Below, in pieces: positions 1-9,756 of a stretch of DNA of 18,842 nucleotides. Location of the stretch: positions 150,515-169,356 of the forward strand of contig CM103820.1 in NCBI GenBank assembly GCA_047288015.1, written 5' to 3'. The notes below the pieces were generated by a model, which worked only from the letters and a program-made list of their open reading frames with translations, did not search any database and was not told where the DNA came from. Within the stretch, counting starts at the first letter, position 1, and each line of letters begins with the position of its first letter. The translations under genes and the position numbers were made by a program. This stretch comes from Mactra antiquata. Taxonomy: Eukaryota.

Positions 1-2336
1 TATTTACTGTAATAACACCTGGGTAAAGTCTTTTAACTCTGCTTTTTAGCAGTCTTCAATGTTGTCATGGAATTATACTATCCTCACTAATACCCTATTT
101 ACTGTAATAACACCTGGGTAAAGTCTTTTAACTCTGCTTTTTAGCAGTCTTCAATGTTGCCATGGAATTATACTACCCTCACTTATACCCTATTTACTGT
201 AATAACACCTGGGTAAAGTCTTTTAACTCTGCTTTTTAGCAGCCTTCAATGTTGTCATGGAATTATACTACCCTCACTTATACCCTATTTACTGTAATAA
301 CACCTGGGTAAAGTCTTTTAACTCTGCTTTTTAGCAGTCTTCAATGTTGCCATGGAATTATACTATCCTCACTAATACCCTATTTACTGTAATAACACCT
401 GGGTAAAGTCTTTTAACTCTGCTTTTTAGCAGCCTTCAATGTTGTCATGGAATTATACTACCCTCACTTATACCCTATTTACTGTAATAACACCTGGGTA
501 AAGTCTTTTAACTCTGCTTTTTAGCAGTCTTCAATGTTGCCATGGAATTATACTACCCTCACTTATACCCTATTTACTGTAATAACACCTGGGTAAAGTC
601 TTTTAACTCTGCTTTTTAGCAGTCTTCAATGTTGCCATGGAATTATACTATCCTCACTTATACCCTATTTACTGTAATAACACCTGGGTAAAGTCTTTTA
701 ACTCTGCTTTTTAGCAGCCATCAATGTTGTCATGGAATTATACTACCCTCACTAATACCCTATTTACTGTAATAACACCTGGGTAAAGTGAAGCAATCAC
801 AGATTTTAGCAGCCTTCAATGTTGTCATGGAATTATACTACCCTCACTAATACCCTATTTACTGTAATAACACCTGGGTAAAGTGAAGCAATCACAGATT
901 TTAGCAGCCTTCAATGTTGTCATGGAATTATACTACCCTCACTTATACCCTATTTACTGTAATAACACCTGGGTAAAGTCTTTTAACTCTGCTTTTTAGC
1001 AGCCTTCAATGTTGTCATGGAATTATACTACCCTCACTAATACCCTATTTACTGTAATAACACCTGGGTAAAGTCTTTTAACTCTGCTTTTTAGCAGCCT
1101 TCAATGTTGTCATGGAATTATACTACCCTCACTAATACCCTATTTACTGTAATAACACCTGGGTAAAGTCTTTTAACTCTGCTTTTTAGCAGTCTTCAAT
1201 GTTGTCATGGAATTATACTACCCTTACTAATACCCTATTTACTGTAATAACACCTGGGTAAAGTCTTTTAACTCTGCTTTTTAGCAGCCTTCAGTGTTGT
1301 CATGGAATTATACTACCTTCACTAATACCCTATTTACTGTAATAACACCTGGGTAAAGTCTTTTAACTCTGCTTTTTAGCAGTCTTCAATGTTGTCATGG
1401 AATTATACTACCCTTACTAATACCCTATTTACTGTAATAACACCTGGGTAAAGTCTTTTAACTCTGCTTTTTAGCAGCCTTCAGTGTTGTCATGGAATTA
1501 TACTATCCTCACTAATACCCTATTTACTGTAATAACACCTGGGTAAAGTCTTTTAACTCTGCTTTTTAGCAGTCTTCAATGTTGTCATGGAATTATACTA
1601 CCCTCACTTATACCCTATTTACTGTAATAACACCTGGGTAAAGTCTTTTAACTCTGCTTTTTAGCAGCCTTCAGTGTTGTCATGGAATTATACTATCCTC
1701 ACTAATACCCTATTTACTGTAATAACACCTGGGTAAAGTCTTTTAACTCTGCTTTTTAGCAGTCTTCAATGTTGTCATGGAATTATACTACCCTCACTTA
1801 TACCCTATTTACTGTAATAACACCTGGGTAAAGTCTTTTAACTCTGCTTTTTAGCAGCCATCAATGTTGTCATGGAATTATACTACCCTCACTAATACCC
1901 TATTTACTGTAATAACACCTGGGTAAAGTCTTTTAACTCTGCTTTTTAGCAGCCATCAATGTTGTCATGGAATTATACTACCCTCACTAATACCCTATTT
2001 ACTGTAATAACACCTGGGTAAAGTCTTTTAACTCTGCTTTTTAGCAGCCATCAATGTTGTCATGGAATTATACTACCCTCACTTATACCCTATTTACTGT
2101 AATAACACCTGGGTAAAGTCTTTTAACTCTGCTTTTTAGCAGCCTTCAATGTTGTCATGGAATTATACTACCCTCACTTATACCCTATTTACTGTAATAA
2201 CACCTGGGTAAAGTCTTTTAACTCTGCTTTTTAGCAGCCTTCAATGTTGTCATGGAATTATACTACCCTCACTAATACCCTATTTACTGTAATAACACCT
2301 GGGTAAAGTGAAGCAATCACAGATTTTTTTTTTTTG
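1..2336. repeat. Tandem satellite array, 95-bp monomer x ~24.5 (truncated by window start); consensus tatttactgtaataacacctgggtaaagtcttttaactctgctttttagcagYcttcaatgttgYcatggaattatactaYcctcactWataccc; ends in a T(11) run
   Basis: Monomer starts recur every 95 bp (1, 96, 191 ... 2281). Monomer variants are distinguished by a few diagnostic positions. Three monomers (761, 856, 2281) carry a 16-bp replacement, gtgaagcaatcacagatt. Confidence 0.95.
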
Positions 2337-2415
2337 CTGAAAGATATTAGCAGTTCCCCCACTCTCCGTAAACAGATATCCTAAAACTACTGTTATAGGA
2401 TCTCTCGACATTCCA

Positions 2416-2672
2416 TAGGGGGTCACATTCAGATGACCTTTGTGTCGACCAATCAATGCATAACTTTCGTGACGATGAAACACTATTAATAGCATCCGGA
2501 TACTGTAATTTCTATTTTTAGATCAATTTTTCAAACTATTTTGGCGGAGCGTGTAAATTTCTCTCATGAAGTCGGCAAACATAAATTGCAATCCGGGCTG
2601 TGATTGGCGATTCGTTGTGAGTTGCGTCATGAATATTGTAAGAAAGCAAAGGTCAGCTGAATGTGACCCGTA
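2416..2672. mobile_element. MITE-like non-autonomous DNA transposon candidate (~253 bp) with 25-bp terminal inverted repeats and flanking TA
   Basis: Left arm 2418-2442 (gggggtcacattcagatgacctttg). Right arm 2647-2670 (caaaggtcagctgaatgtgacccg) is its reverse complement at 24/25. TA dinucleotides at 2416-2417 and 2671-2672. The interior is CpG-rich, unlike the surroundings. Confidence 0.4.
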
Positions 2673-2839
2673 CTGCGAGCTTGTCAGATGTAAATAAGCG
2701 AGTGAATATTTTAGATTTGGTTTTAATCAGATTGTAGTTCCCCTGATGTGTTTCAAACCTTGGCCCTTTTAGCCTAAGTGTGTCCTACCACTATACCACT
2801 GCTTCTATAGAATTGAAGATAACAAGTGATATGTCATTT

Positions 2840-3190
2840 ACATGTACAACAGGACTCAGATATAACGTTAGTTACTTCGTCATTGACTTCACACATACAT
2901 GTACAACAGGACTGAGATATAACGTTAGTTACATCGTCATTGACTTCACACGTACATGTACAACAGGACTGAGATATAACGTTAGTTACATCGTCATTGA
3001 CTTCACACGTACATGTACAACAGGACTCAGATATAACGTTAGTTACATCGTCATTGACTACACACTTACATGTACAACAGGACTAAGATATAATGTTAGT
3101 TACATCGTCATTGACTACACACTTTCATGTACAACAGGACTCAGATATAATGTTAGTTACATCGTCATTGACTACACACTTACATGTTTG
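2840..3190. repeat. Minisatellite, 57-bp unit x ~6 (acatgtacaacaggactSagatataaYgttagttacWtcgtcattgactWcacacNt)
   Basis: Unit starts at 2840, 2897, 2954, 3011, 3068, 3125. The period is a multiple of 3, so the array reads as an open 19-aa protein repeat (ORF 2780-3193). Confidence 0.9.
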
Positions 3191-4070
3191 TGAAATGTTA
3201 AACATTATGGGTCACTATGTACATGTATTGTATTGTTTTCAATCATTTAGCCTCAAATTGTCATATCAACTCTTATATGTATTGTAAGTACATGTATTTG
3301 TATGTTGCTCCTTGAATGAACCATATATGACAATCAGCTTGGCTCTACCAGGATTGTATTATTTTCTATCTGTGATTTACTTTGTTCTGATGATTGTATT
3401 GTTTTGTATGTTTCTATTAGTTGTTCACATTATTACTTATCAAGTTTATTCAGATTTTATTCAGTCAGCTATGACTGTACTTTTGTATATATAGATTTTT
3501 GGAACATTCCTATTGAAGGTAACGCAAACCTATATTAATTGACCTATTGGAATTAATTTGCAATTTTGTTATAGCAGATAACACTTCTTGTCACATTTGT
3601 AACTTGTTAAATCTTCACGGGTCTCTAAATCAAATTCACACTATATTTCTGAGATGTTGGAACATTAGAAAACTTTATCCCCTTTTTGTCAAACATGTTT
3701 AGGTTGCCTGAGGGGTAAGGTTTCCATGGGTTTAAGCGAGTTATCTTACACAATATTTTATCTCTTACATACAGTCATCATGTAGTCATCAGTCATTATA
3801 TGTTTACAAAGCTCTGTACAATTGATTTGTCTTAGTGTTCTCCACATACAGGCTTGTTGAATGGTAACATATAAATGAAGGATTAGTATTATTCTTTGAT
3901 GTTGTACTTTATTTCAATATTATATATATTGTGTACTTCACCATGAATATCTGTGCCTGTGCAATTAGTGGCCTACATTCAAGTTTATGGTCTAACTTAC
4001 ATGTCAAAGTTTTGGTGTTTTTGTTTCCACCAGGACAATGTAGCTTGCTTTGAACGTTTGAATACAGTAG

Positions 4071-4386
4071 GAAGCCTGTCCGGCTAGCTCCGTCGGTAGC
4101 GCACAAGTCTACTGATCAAAGGGTGGTGGGTTCGATTCCGGGGCAGGGCATACTTTCGTGGAGCTTGGTCATGAAAAAATTTCTACGGCCATTCTCCCTC
4201 CTACCACTGATTCTAAATCATGTAGGGCAGTTGTCATTCACTGACGGAAGTATGCGCCTAGTAACTGGTTAACAGCTAAAACCAGAGATTTAGCCTTTCC
4301 AGGAACGGTGAGTAGGTTGACTGACCGCCGTGATATGACCTATACAATGTGTTGCCTCGGCGTTAAACCCAACAAAAACCAAACAA
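4071..4386 (+). mobile_element. tRNA-derived SINE, full-length copy (tRNA-Lys-like head with box A/box B, ~200-bp body, conserved tail ggcgttaaacccaacaaaaacc)
   Basis: The head ggctagctccgtcggtagcgcac...gggttcgattccgg resembles tRNA-Lys(CTT) but does not fold into an intact cloverleaf. A 10-bp TSD aatacagtag sits at 4061-4070 and 4387-4396. The same element recurs at least 6 more times in the window. Confidence 0.85.
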
Positions 4387-4537
4387 AATACAGTAGCAAT
4401 GAAATGATTTGACTATTAGTTGAAATATATGTAGTTTATATCACTTTCTATTTTGTTTATTCAATTTACTCACATTTATAGAAATATAATTTTACATATC
4501 AATTTGTTTCTTGTTGTTTTTTTCACACCTTGAATGG

Positions 4538-4720
4538 AGCAGATGTGGCCAAGTGGTTACAATGCCTGGACTGGTAATCTTTGAATAGTCACCTCTGTGT
4601 TGGTTCGAATTCCATCCATAACCCATCCCATTGTTTCCTTGAGCAAGAAACTTTATCCTAATTGCTTAGTACTGGGAGACGAGGAAATGGACTCTACAGT
4701 GATATATATATAAGTTGTAA
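4538..4720 (+). mobile_element. tRNA-Ser-like degenerate element (tRNA pseudogene or head of a second SINE family)
   Basis: gtggccaagtggttacaatgcctggactggtaatc...tggttcgaattcca resembles tRNA-Ser(GCT) (D-arm, anticodon region, T-loop). The anticodon and T stems do not pair properly and no 3' acceptor complement is present. Confidence 0.3.
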
Positions 4721-4858
4721 GAACTTGTTTAACAATCAAGCTTAAATAAATTAGTATTAACTAAACAAAGTTCATGGTAAGATTAGTATGTGAGATACTT
4801 TTATTACCATACTTGTATTTCCTGTCTCTAACATTTCCAGTTTAAACATCTCCAAAAC

Positions 4859-4964
4859 CACTAGTACAATTTCTTGTAATATCATACTTATGTGACAGAC
4901 TTACTCTCGGCGAAACTGGCTCCATGGCTGTCACTTAAGTATGATATTACACTAGTACAATTTC
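4859..4964. repeat. Compact hairpin element: 21-bp inverted repeat (4878-4898 / 4928-4948, 20/21) with 29-nt loop, flanked by 15-bp direct repeats cactagtacaatttc (4859-4873, 4950-4964)
   Basis: Direct reading. The reverse complement of aatatcatacttatgtgacag is ctgtcacataagtatgatatt; the right arm is ctgtcacttaagtatgatatt. Confidence 0.6.
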
Positions 4965-5618
4965 AGTACTTAGGTTTATTGAATGGATGACTCACTTTAA
5001 AGGCAGTTGGGTCTCTATATAACGTTGGTAGTCAATGTGTTGTTCAGACTTTATACATCTGTTCCTAGGGATCAACTTACTAAATGTAGTATGGGTAAAT
5101 TGAACATATAATGTATAGTATTACTAACTTTACTTCTTATGGAGTTGTCTTATTAAACATCGCTAATTTTATTAATCGTTAAAAACCTTGAGATCATGTT
5201 GTCATTCGAAGATTGCTTTAAAGGAAGATATATACATGTATAAGGCATGTAGTGATGAGTCTAGTGATCATGCATACCAAAAAAGCAGATTGAAATACAA
5301 CACATATTTTCAAAATTGTACAATGTTAAGTAAGACGACCATCTGGTGTTTTAACTCCCCATCATAAATTTGTCAGTTATACCACAGTGATCTATTTTCC
5401 AGGCCTATATCGTATACAGTACATACCCACGACAAACAGCAAGCAAATTCAATAAATAGGGAAAATCATTGTTTTACTGAGTTTAAACAAATGAAATAGC
5501 CTCTATACTGAGACTCTAAGTCAGATTGTGAAGTTAGAAATTCAGTGTTCTAACTAGTGGTCCATGGACAAAGTTTGATAAATCATAACAACAAAATAGA
5601 GAACAAAATAAAACACTG

Positions 5619-5830
5619 TCATCTATTTATTTCTTTCAATTCATTTTGAAATAATTCTTGTAAAAGTTTATACATTTCACTTGATGTATCTTTTGAGGAA
5701 TCTGTTACCATGGCAACCACATCTCTTGGCATATTTATAGAACCTAACTTGAGTTTATTATATAACTCTTTTCTACACATCTGTACTACACTTGCAAAAC
5801 CTTTTACTTCATTCTTAGAGGAGAATTTAC
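5619..5830 (-). CDS. PSTK: PSTK-like (O-phosphoseryl-tRNA(Sec) kinase) exon 6, terminal, including stop codon
   Basis: Acceptor cctatcttttacag|GT at 5831-5832 (minus). Phase 1 in, 69 codons plus TGA. C-terminal region ...VTDSSKDTSSEMYKLLQELFQNELKEINR*. Confidence 0.75.
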
Positions 5831-5879
5831 CTGTAAAAGATAGGTAAACTTTTGAACCAACATTCTCTGCTTCGTATTT

Positions 5880-5936
5880 CAAAATGACCTGTGTACATCA
5901 AAATGACCAGTGTACATCAAAATGACCAGTGTACAA
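5880..5936. repeat. 19-bp tandem repeat x3 (caaaatgaccWgtgtacat) in PSTK intron 5, 50-105 nt upstream of the last-exon acceptor
   Basis: Units at 5880-5898, 5899-5917 and 5918-5936. Confidence 0.8.
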
Positions 5937-6120
5937 CAGAAGTTGTCAATAATTCTTCCAGAGGCAAATATGAAAATCAACATTGCTGAACCTTTGAAAT
6001 CCAATTAAAATTGTACGTTGATGATAAATTGCGAGGTTCAATAACAAATGATGACATTTGAATGACAAGATTTCACTACATGTTCAAATCTTCGTAATGT
6101 AATGTAGAAAAATGTAATGT

Positions 6121-6415
6121 TTGGTGCTTTACGCAGCTTTTTGACAGTTATTCAGTCATATTGTGGCCGTCAATCAACCTACTCACTGTCTCTGGATAGG
6201 CTTAGATCTCTAGATCCAAGCTTTTAACCAGTACTAAGCACGTATCTTCGCCAGTGACTGACAACTGCCCAACATGTACTTGATACAGTGGTAAGGGGAA
6301 GAATGGCCATAGCAAAAAATTTCATGACCAAACTCCACAAAGGTATGTAGGTCCTGCCAGGGAACCGAACCTGTGACCCCCTCAATAGGTAGGCAGATCT
6401 TCAACCCATAACTGG
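6121..6415 (-). mobile_element. Diverged copy of the tRNA-derived SINE family (minus orientation), in PSTK intron 5
   Basis: Colinear similarity to copy 7940-8254 (...gtcaatcaacctactcac...ccagtgactgacaactgcccaacatg...ggtaaggggaagaatggcc...). Identity is lower than among the young copies. Confidence 0.6.
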
Positions 6416-6750
6416 TATATAGGTACAGAGTACAGTTCTACAAAACTATTTTTCCACTATCACAACCAACAGGAGATTACAACATTTCGTGAAAGAACGT
6501 ATTTTTTTGTCTTAAACTTTTGGAATACAGCAGGCTTATAATTCTGTATTACATCGACTTTGTCAGGAACAACTTGAAATAGATGTCTTATTTTAAGTCC
6601 TGATATTGACGCCAGGGTCCACTTGACATCAAAAGTATCTTCTTGAACCCATTTTCAATGTGTTTTGACAAGTACATGCATTTCGAAAAATTTCGACTCC
6701 TAGCAAAATTCCCAGTGCATATCTTATTTTAAAATAAAAATTATACATAC

Positions 6751-6923
6751 CACTAGCTAGAGCCATTTCTTGTGATACAAGCTTTCTGAGGATCTGATCA
6801 GACTGGTGCAGAAAACTTTCAGAACAAACCAGTCTACAATATTCCTTTTGTTCTATATCATCTTCATTGACTGGTTCTACTGGATTCTTACATGCTGTAT
6901 CCATTAAACACACAATTTCTTCC
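6751..6923 (-). CDS. PSTK: PSTK-like exon 5
   Basis: Acceptor tcatcatgtttacag|G. Donor AGTG|GTATGT at 6745-6750 (minus). Encodes EEIVCLMDTACKNPVEPVNEDDIEQKEYCRLVCSESFLHQSDQILRKLVSQEMALAS, which aligns with the human PSTK C-terminal region (recalled ...ENPVKYAEDNMEQKDTDRIICSTNILHKTDQTLRRIVSQTM...). Confidence 0.85.
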
Positions 6924-7769
6924 CTGTAAACATGATGAAATATATTCTGTTTAGGCCAAATCAAGTTTGATAACTAAAATCAGATTTAAATCATTTAAAT
7001 AACTCCTTTGTTTAAACTATATAACAGGCTTTGCCTTATAATTTAAAATGTTTTGTAATAAGGGGACAAAATCATTAACTAGCCGGACTACAAGTATATG
7101 AATTATGGCATTTTCACTGGCCCGAATCAAACTTCCCTAGTCCTGAGCTTTGGCCTAGTGGGTAAAGGGGAAGACTGACATAAGTAATAATAATTCTAAT
7201 AATAAAGACTTAAATGTCGCTAAATTTACAGAGGCAACAGATAGGCAATACCTAAATGTTTCAAGTGAGCCTTTGGTAACATAATTGCTGGAAAGGTTGC
7301 AAAAATCCTTATTGATCTATATTACTTGAAGATCATATGACTTTCAATTTGTTGTTAAGGAATTATGATGCCATATGTATGGGTGCTCTTGAGCAGATAA
7401 TCTGATTCTTCTAGGATTCATGACATGATGACAAAATTAATTTTTTTTCAGTTTTGAATTGTTTAGTCATCACAGGTATGATCTGCTACACTTGGATTAA
7501 ATGAATTGTTGACAGACATTGTTATTATTGTTTATGTATCATTTAAAAGACAAAATTTGTCACATGTCAGCTTGAGATAAGTATGGACCATATCTTGTCA
7601 ACCAAGTTAAATAGAACCACTGCAAGTACACAATCTATTGTGTCAGCCAATAGGAATGTCCAATCCAGTGATATAGATCAATGAATTCCTTCACAGGATG
7701 AAGTTACTTTAACACAGTCCAGAATAAGTTTGCAAATCCAGAAATCTTGCAAACTTAGTAATAGAATTT

Positions 7770-7927
7770 TCTTTCACAAGTTTGTTTCACCATTCTCCCT
7801 CCAACCTCTGTATCAAGTAGGGCAGTTGACAGCCACTGGCCAAGGTAGGTGCCACATGTAATTAAAAAGCTGGGGCCTAGAGAAGTTAGCCTCTTCAAGA
7901 ACAGTGGGTAGGTTGAATGACTGCCCA
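7770..7927 (+). mobile_element. 5'-truncated, diverged SINE fragment (plus orientation), abutting the next copy
   Basis: cattctccctccaacctctgtatcaagtagggcagttgacagcc...gggtaggttgaatgactgcccaaatatgac is colinear with the SINE body. It is most similar to sub-family copy 14300-14635. Confidence 0.55.
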
Positions 7928-7939
7928 AATATGACTGAA

Positions 7940-8254
7940 TTTTTTTTTTTTGGGGGGGGGGGTTAAGGCCGTAGCAACACATTATATAGGTCATATCATG
8001 GCAGTCAGTCAACCTACTCACCGTTCCTGGAAAGGCTAAATCTTTGGATATAGCTGTTAACCAGTAACTAGGCGCATACTTCCGTCAGTGATTGACAACT
8101 GCCCAACATGATTTAGAATCAGTGGTAGGAGGGAGAATGGCCGTAGAAATTATTTCATGACCAAGCTCTACGAAAGTATGCCCCACCCGGGGATGGAACC
8201 TACGACCCATCGATCAGTAGACTTGTGCACTACCGACTGAGCTAGTCAGGGGGG
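7940..8254 (-). mobile_element. Full-length tRNA-derived SINE (minus orientation) in PSTK intron 4 with expanded (T)12(G)11 at its tail end
   Basis: The reverse complement matches copy 4071-4386 along its full length. The head is ...cctgactagctcagtcggtagtgcacaagtctactgatcgatgggtcgtaggttccatccc. Confidence 0.85.
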
Positions 8255-8420
8255 TGAAAAATTGTTGAAAAGTGGTATAAAGCATCATAAATTATCTAAA
8301 ATTACAAAAATAATTGATACAATGTTAATTTTTTCAGCTTCAAAACATTGAACTAAAACTGCTTTTCCCTGATTATAACAACAATCACAGTTACAGAAAT
8401 TTACAGACAATTTCACGTAC

Positions 8421-8610
8421 ACTTTTGTCTCATCTTTCAAATAATTTAAACTATGTTCTTCCCAACTATTTTTTAATTTATCAGGGACCTCCATCTTCGT
8501 TGCCATAGTTACTATAACATCTTCATTTACTTGTGCTGTTCTTTGAGAATTTTGTAATAAAGCATTCTTTAGATCAACATGAACATGAACCTGACAAAAT
8601 CCAGTAGTAT
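8421..8610 (-). CDS. PSTK: PSTK-like exon 4
   Basis: Acceptor ttttaccttcag|AT, giving phase 1 (T+AT = Tyr). Encodes TTGFCQVHVHVDLKNALLQNSQRTAQVNEDVIVTMATKMEVPDKLKNSWEEHSLNYLKDETK, similar to human GFCQLFLDCPLETCLQRNGQRPQALPPETIHLMRRKLEKPNPEKNAWEHNSL. Proposed donor GT|GTACGT at 8415-8420. Confidence 0.8.
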
Positions 8611-8695
8611 CTGAAGGTAAAAAGTATATGTACGTATATATCAGTACATATCTTAGAAAACTTGAAAAACAAAATAATAAAACACAATGATTATT

Positions 8696-8940
8696 GAGCA
8701 GCATCCATGGCGTAGTGGTTAGCATGTCTGACTTCGAATCCGGAGATCGCAGGTTCGAGCCCGGTCGAGGCAGGCCATACACTATACATGAGTTGTCGGC
8801 CTCATGTAGGGTAAGTTGGTACTGGTTATAGAAAAGTGTCCAGGAAACCTATAGTAGGAAGAGCCGGCCGTCGTATATATAACCTAAATATGTGTTGAAT
8901 ACGACGTTAAACACAAATAAAAAAACAAAAACAAAAAAAT
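8696..8940 (+). mobile_element. Second SINE family copy: tRNA-like head with two T-loop/box-B-like motifs, A-rich tail, perfect 12-bp TSD
   Basis: TSD acaatgattatt at 8684-8695 and 8941-8952. Head ggcgtagtggttagcatg...gacttcgaatccgg...caggttcgagcccgg. Tail cgacgttaaacacaaataaaaaaacaaaaacaaaaaaat. Confidence 0.75.
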
Positions 8941-9407
8941 ACAATGATTATTTGTTTCAATTTTCGAATTTTTGAATATACTCTGTTTTACTTGCTAGTA
9001 ATAGTATACTTTTAGTATATATACGTAGGTACATATGCATGATGCCACCAACTACATGAAACCAATACCAACATGCACATTGTCGGAAGAATTCATTACA
9101 CTGACATATGCGTTATAAGGACAATTTTCCTGGGAACAAATGATGTCATTGTATTGAGATTTGACTGTAGTCAAATGTTGATTACACATGAATTACTAAT
9201 AAGCACAAGGGAATGAGAAGCAGACTCACAGTGACTAATACACATGAAAGTTGCACATAGTAAAATACTTTTGCCATCACCATCCAAAATAAACATGTAT
9301 ACTCAAGATTGTGATTCTATTCCTAAATTACTGAACTACATGTATATAAAGTTATATGTAATACATATGGTACATGTATAGTACTGGTATCAAAATACTC
9401 TGGAAAT

Positions 9408-9730
9408 TTTTTTTCTTTGGTTGGGTTTAACGCCGTAGCAACACATTGTTTAAGTCATATCACGGGGGTCAGTCAACATACTCACCGTTCCTGGAAAGGC
9501 TAAATCTGGATCTAAGCTGTTAACCAGTTACTAGGTGCATACTTCTGTCAGTGACTGACAACTGCACTACATGATTTAGAATCAGTGGTAGGAGGGAGAA
9601 TGGCCGTAGAAATTATTTCATGACCAAGCACCACGAAAGTATGCCCCCACCCCAGAAATTGATCCCACAACCCATTGATCAGTAGACTTGTGCACTACTG
9701 ACTGAGCTGGCGGGGGGGGGGGTGAGGGGC
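9408..9730 (-). mobile_element. Full-length tRNA-derived SINE (minus orientation) in PSTK intron 3, with G(14) run at head end
   Basis: Begins ttttttttctttggttgggtttaacgccgtagcaacac and ends ...gtgcactactgactgagctggc(g)n. About 90% identical to copy 7940-8254. Confidence 0.85.
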
Positions 9731-9756
9731 TCACTCAGGAATATAGTTATACTCAC

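Noticed and set aside
2280-2495. 71-aa minus-strand ORF
   Set aside because: It spans the satellite end, the T-run and the TIR of the MITE-like element. It has no homology cues and a chance length for an AT-rich frame.
1-3190. Regular direct repeats that might suggest a CRISPR array
   Set aside because: The repeats are a 95-bp satellite and a 57-bp minisatellite with no unique spacers, and the context is eukaryotic (spliceosomal introns, SINEs). This is not a CRISPR array.
2780-3193. 137-aa ORF (plus strand)
   Set aside because: It is entirely an in-frame minisatellite (57 = 3 x 19) with no start, promoter or splice context. It is kept only as a low-interest finding.
4074-4150. Possible functional tRNA genes at SINE heads (also 8200-8250, 9660-9712, 16085-16146, 8701-8775)
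   Set aside because: They are tRNA-Lys-like but lack an intact acceptor stem or anticodon arm, and each is followed by ~230 bp of shared non-tRNA body. These are SINE heads, not tRNA genes.
8285-8782. 165-aa minus-strand ORF
   Set aside because: Only 8421-8610 is coding (PSTK exon 4). The N-terminal part reads through intron sequence and the tRNA-like SINE head, and the C-terminal part reads through the donor into intron 4.
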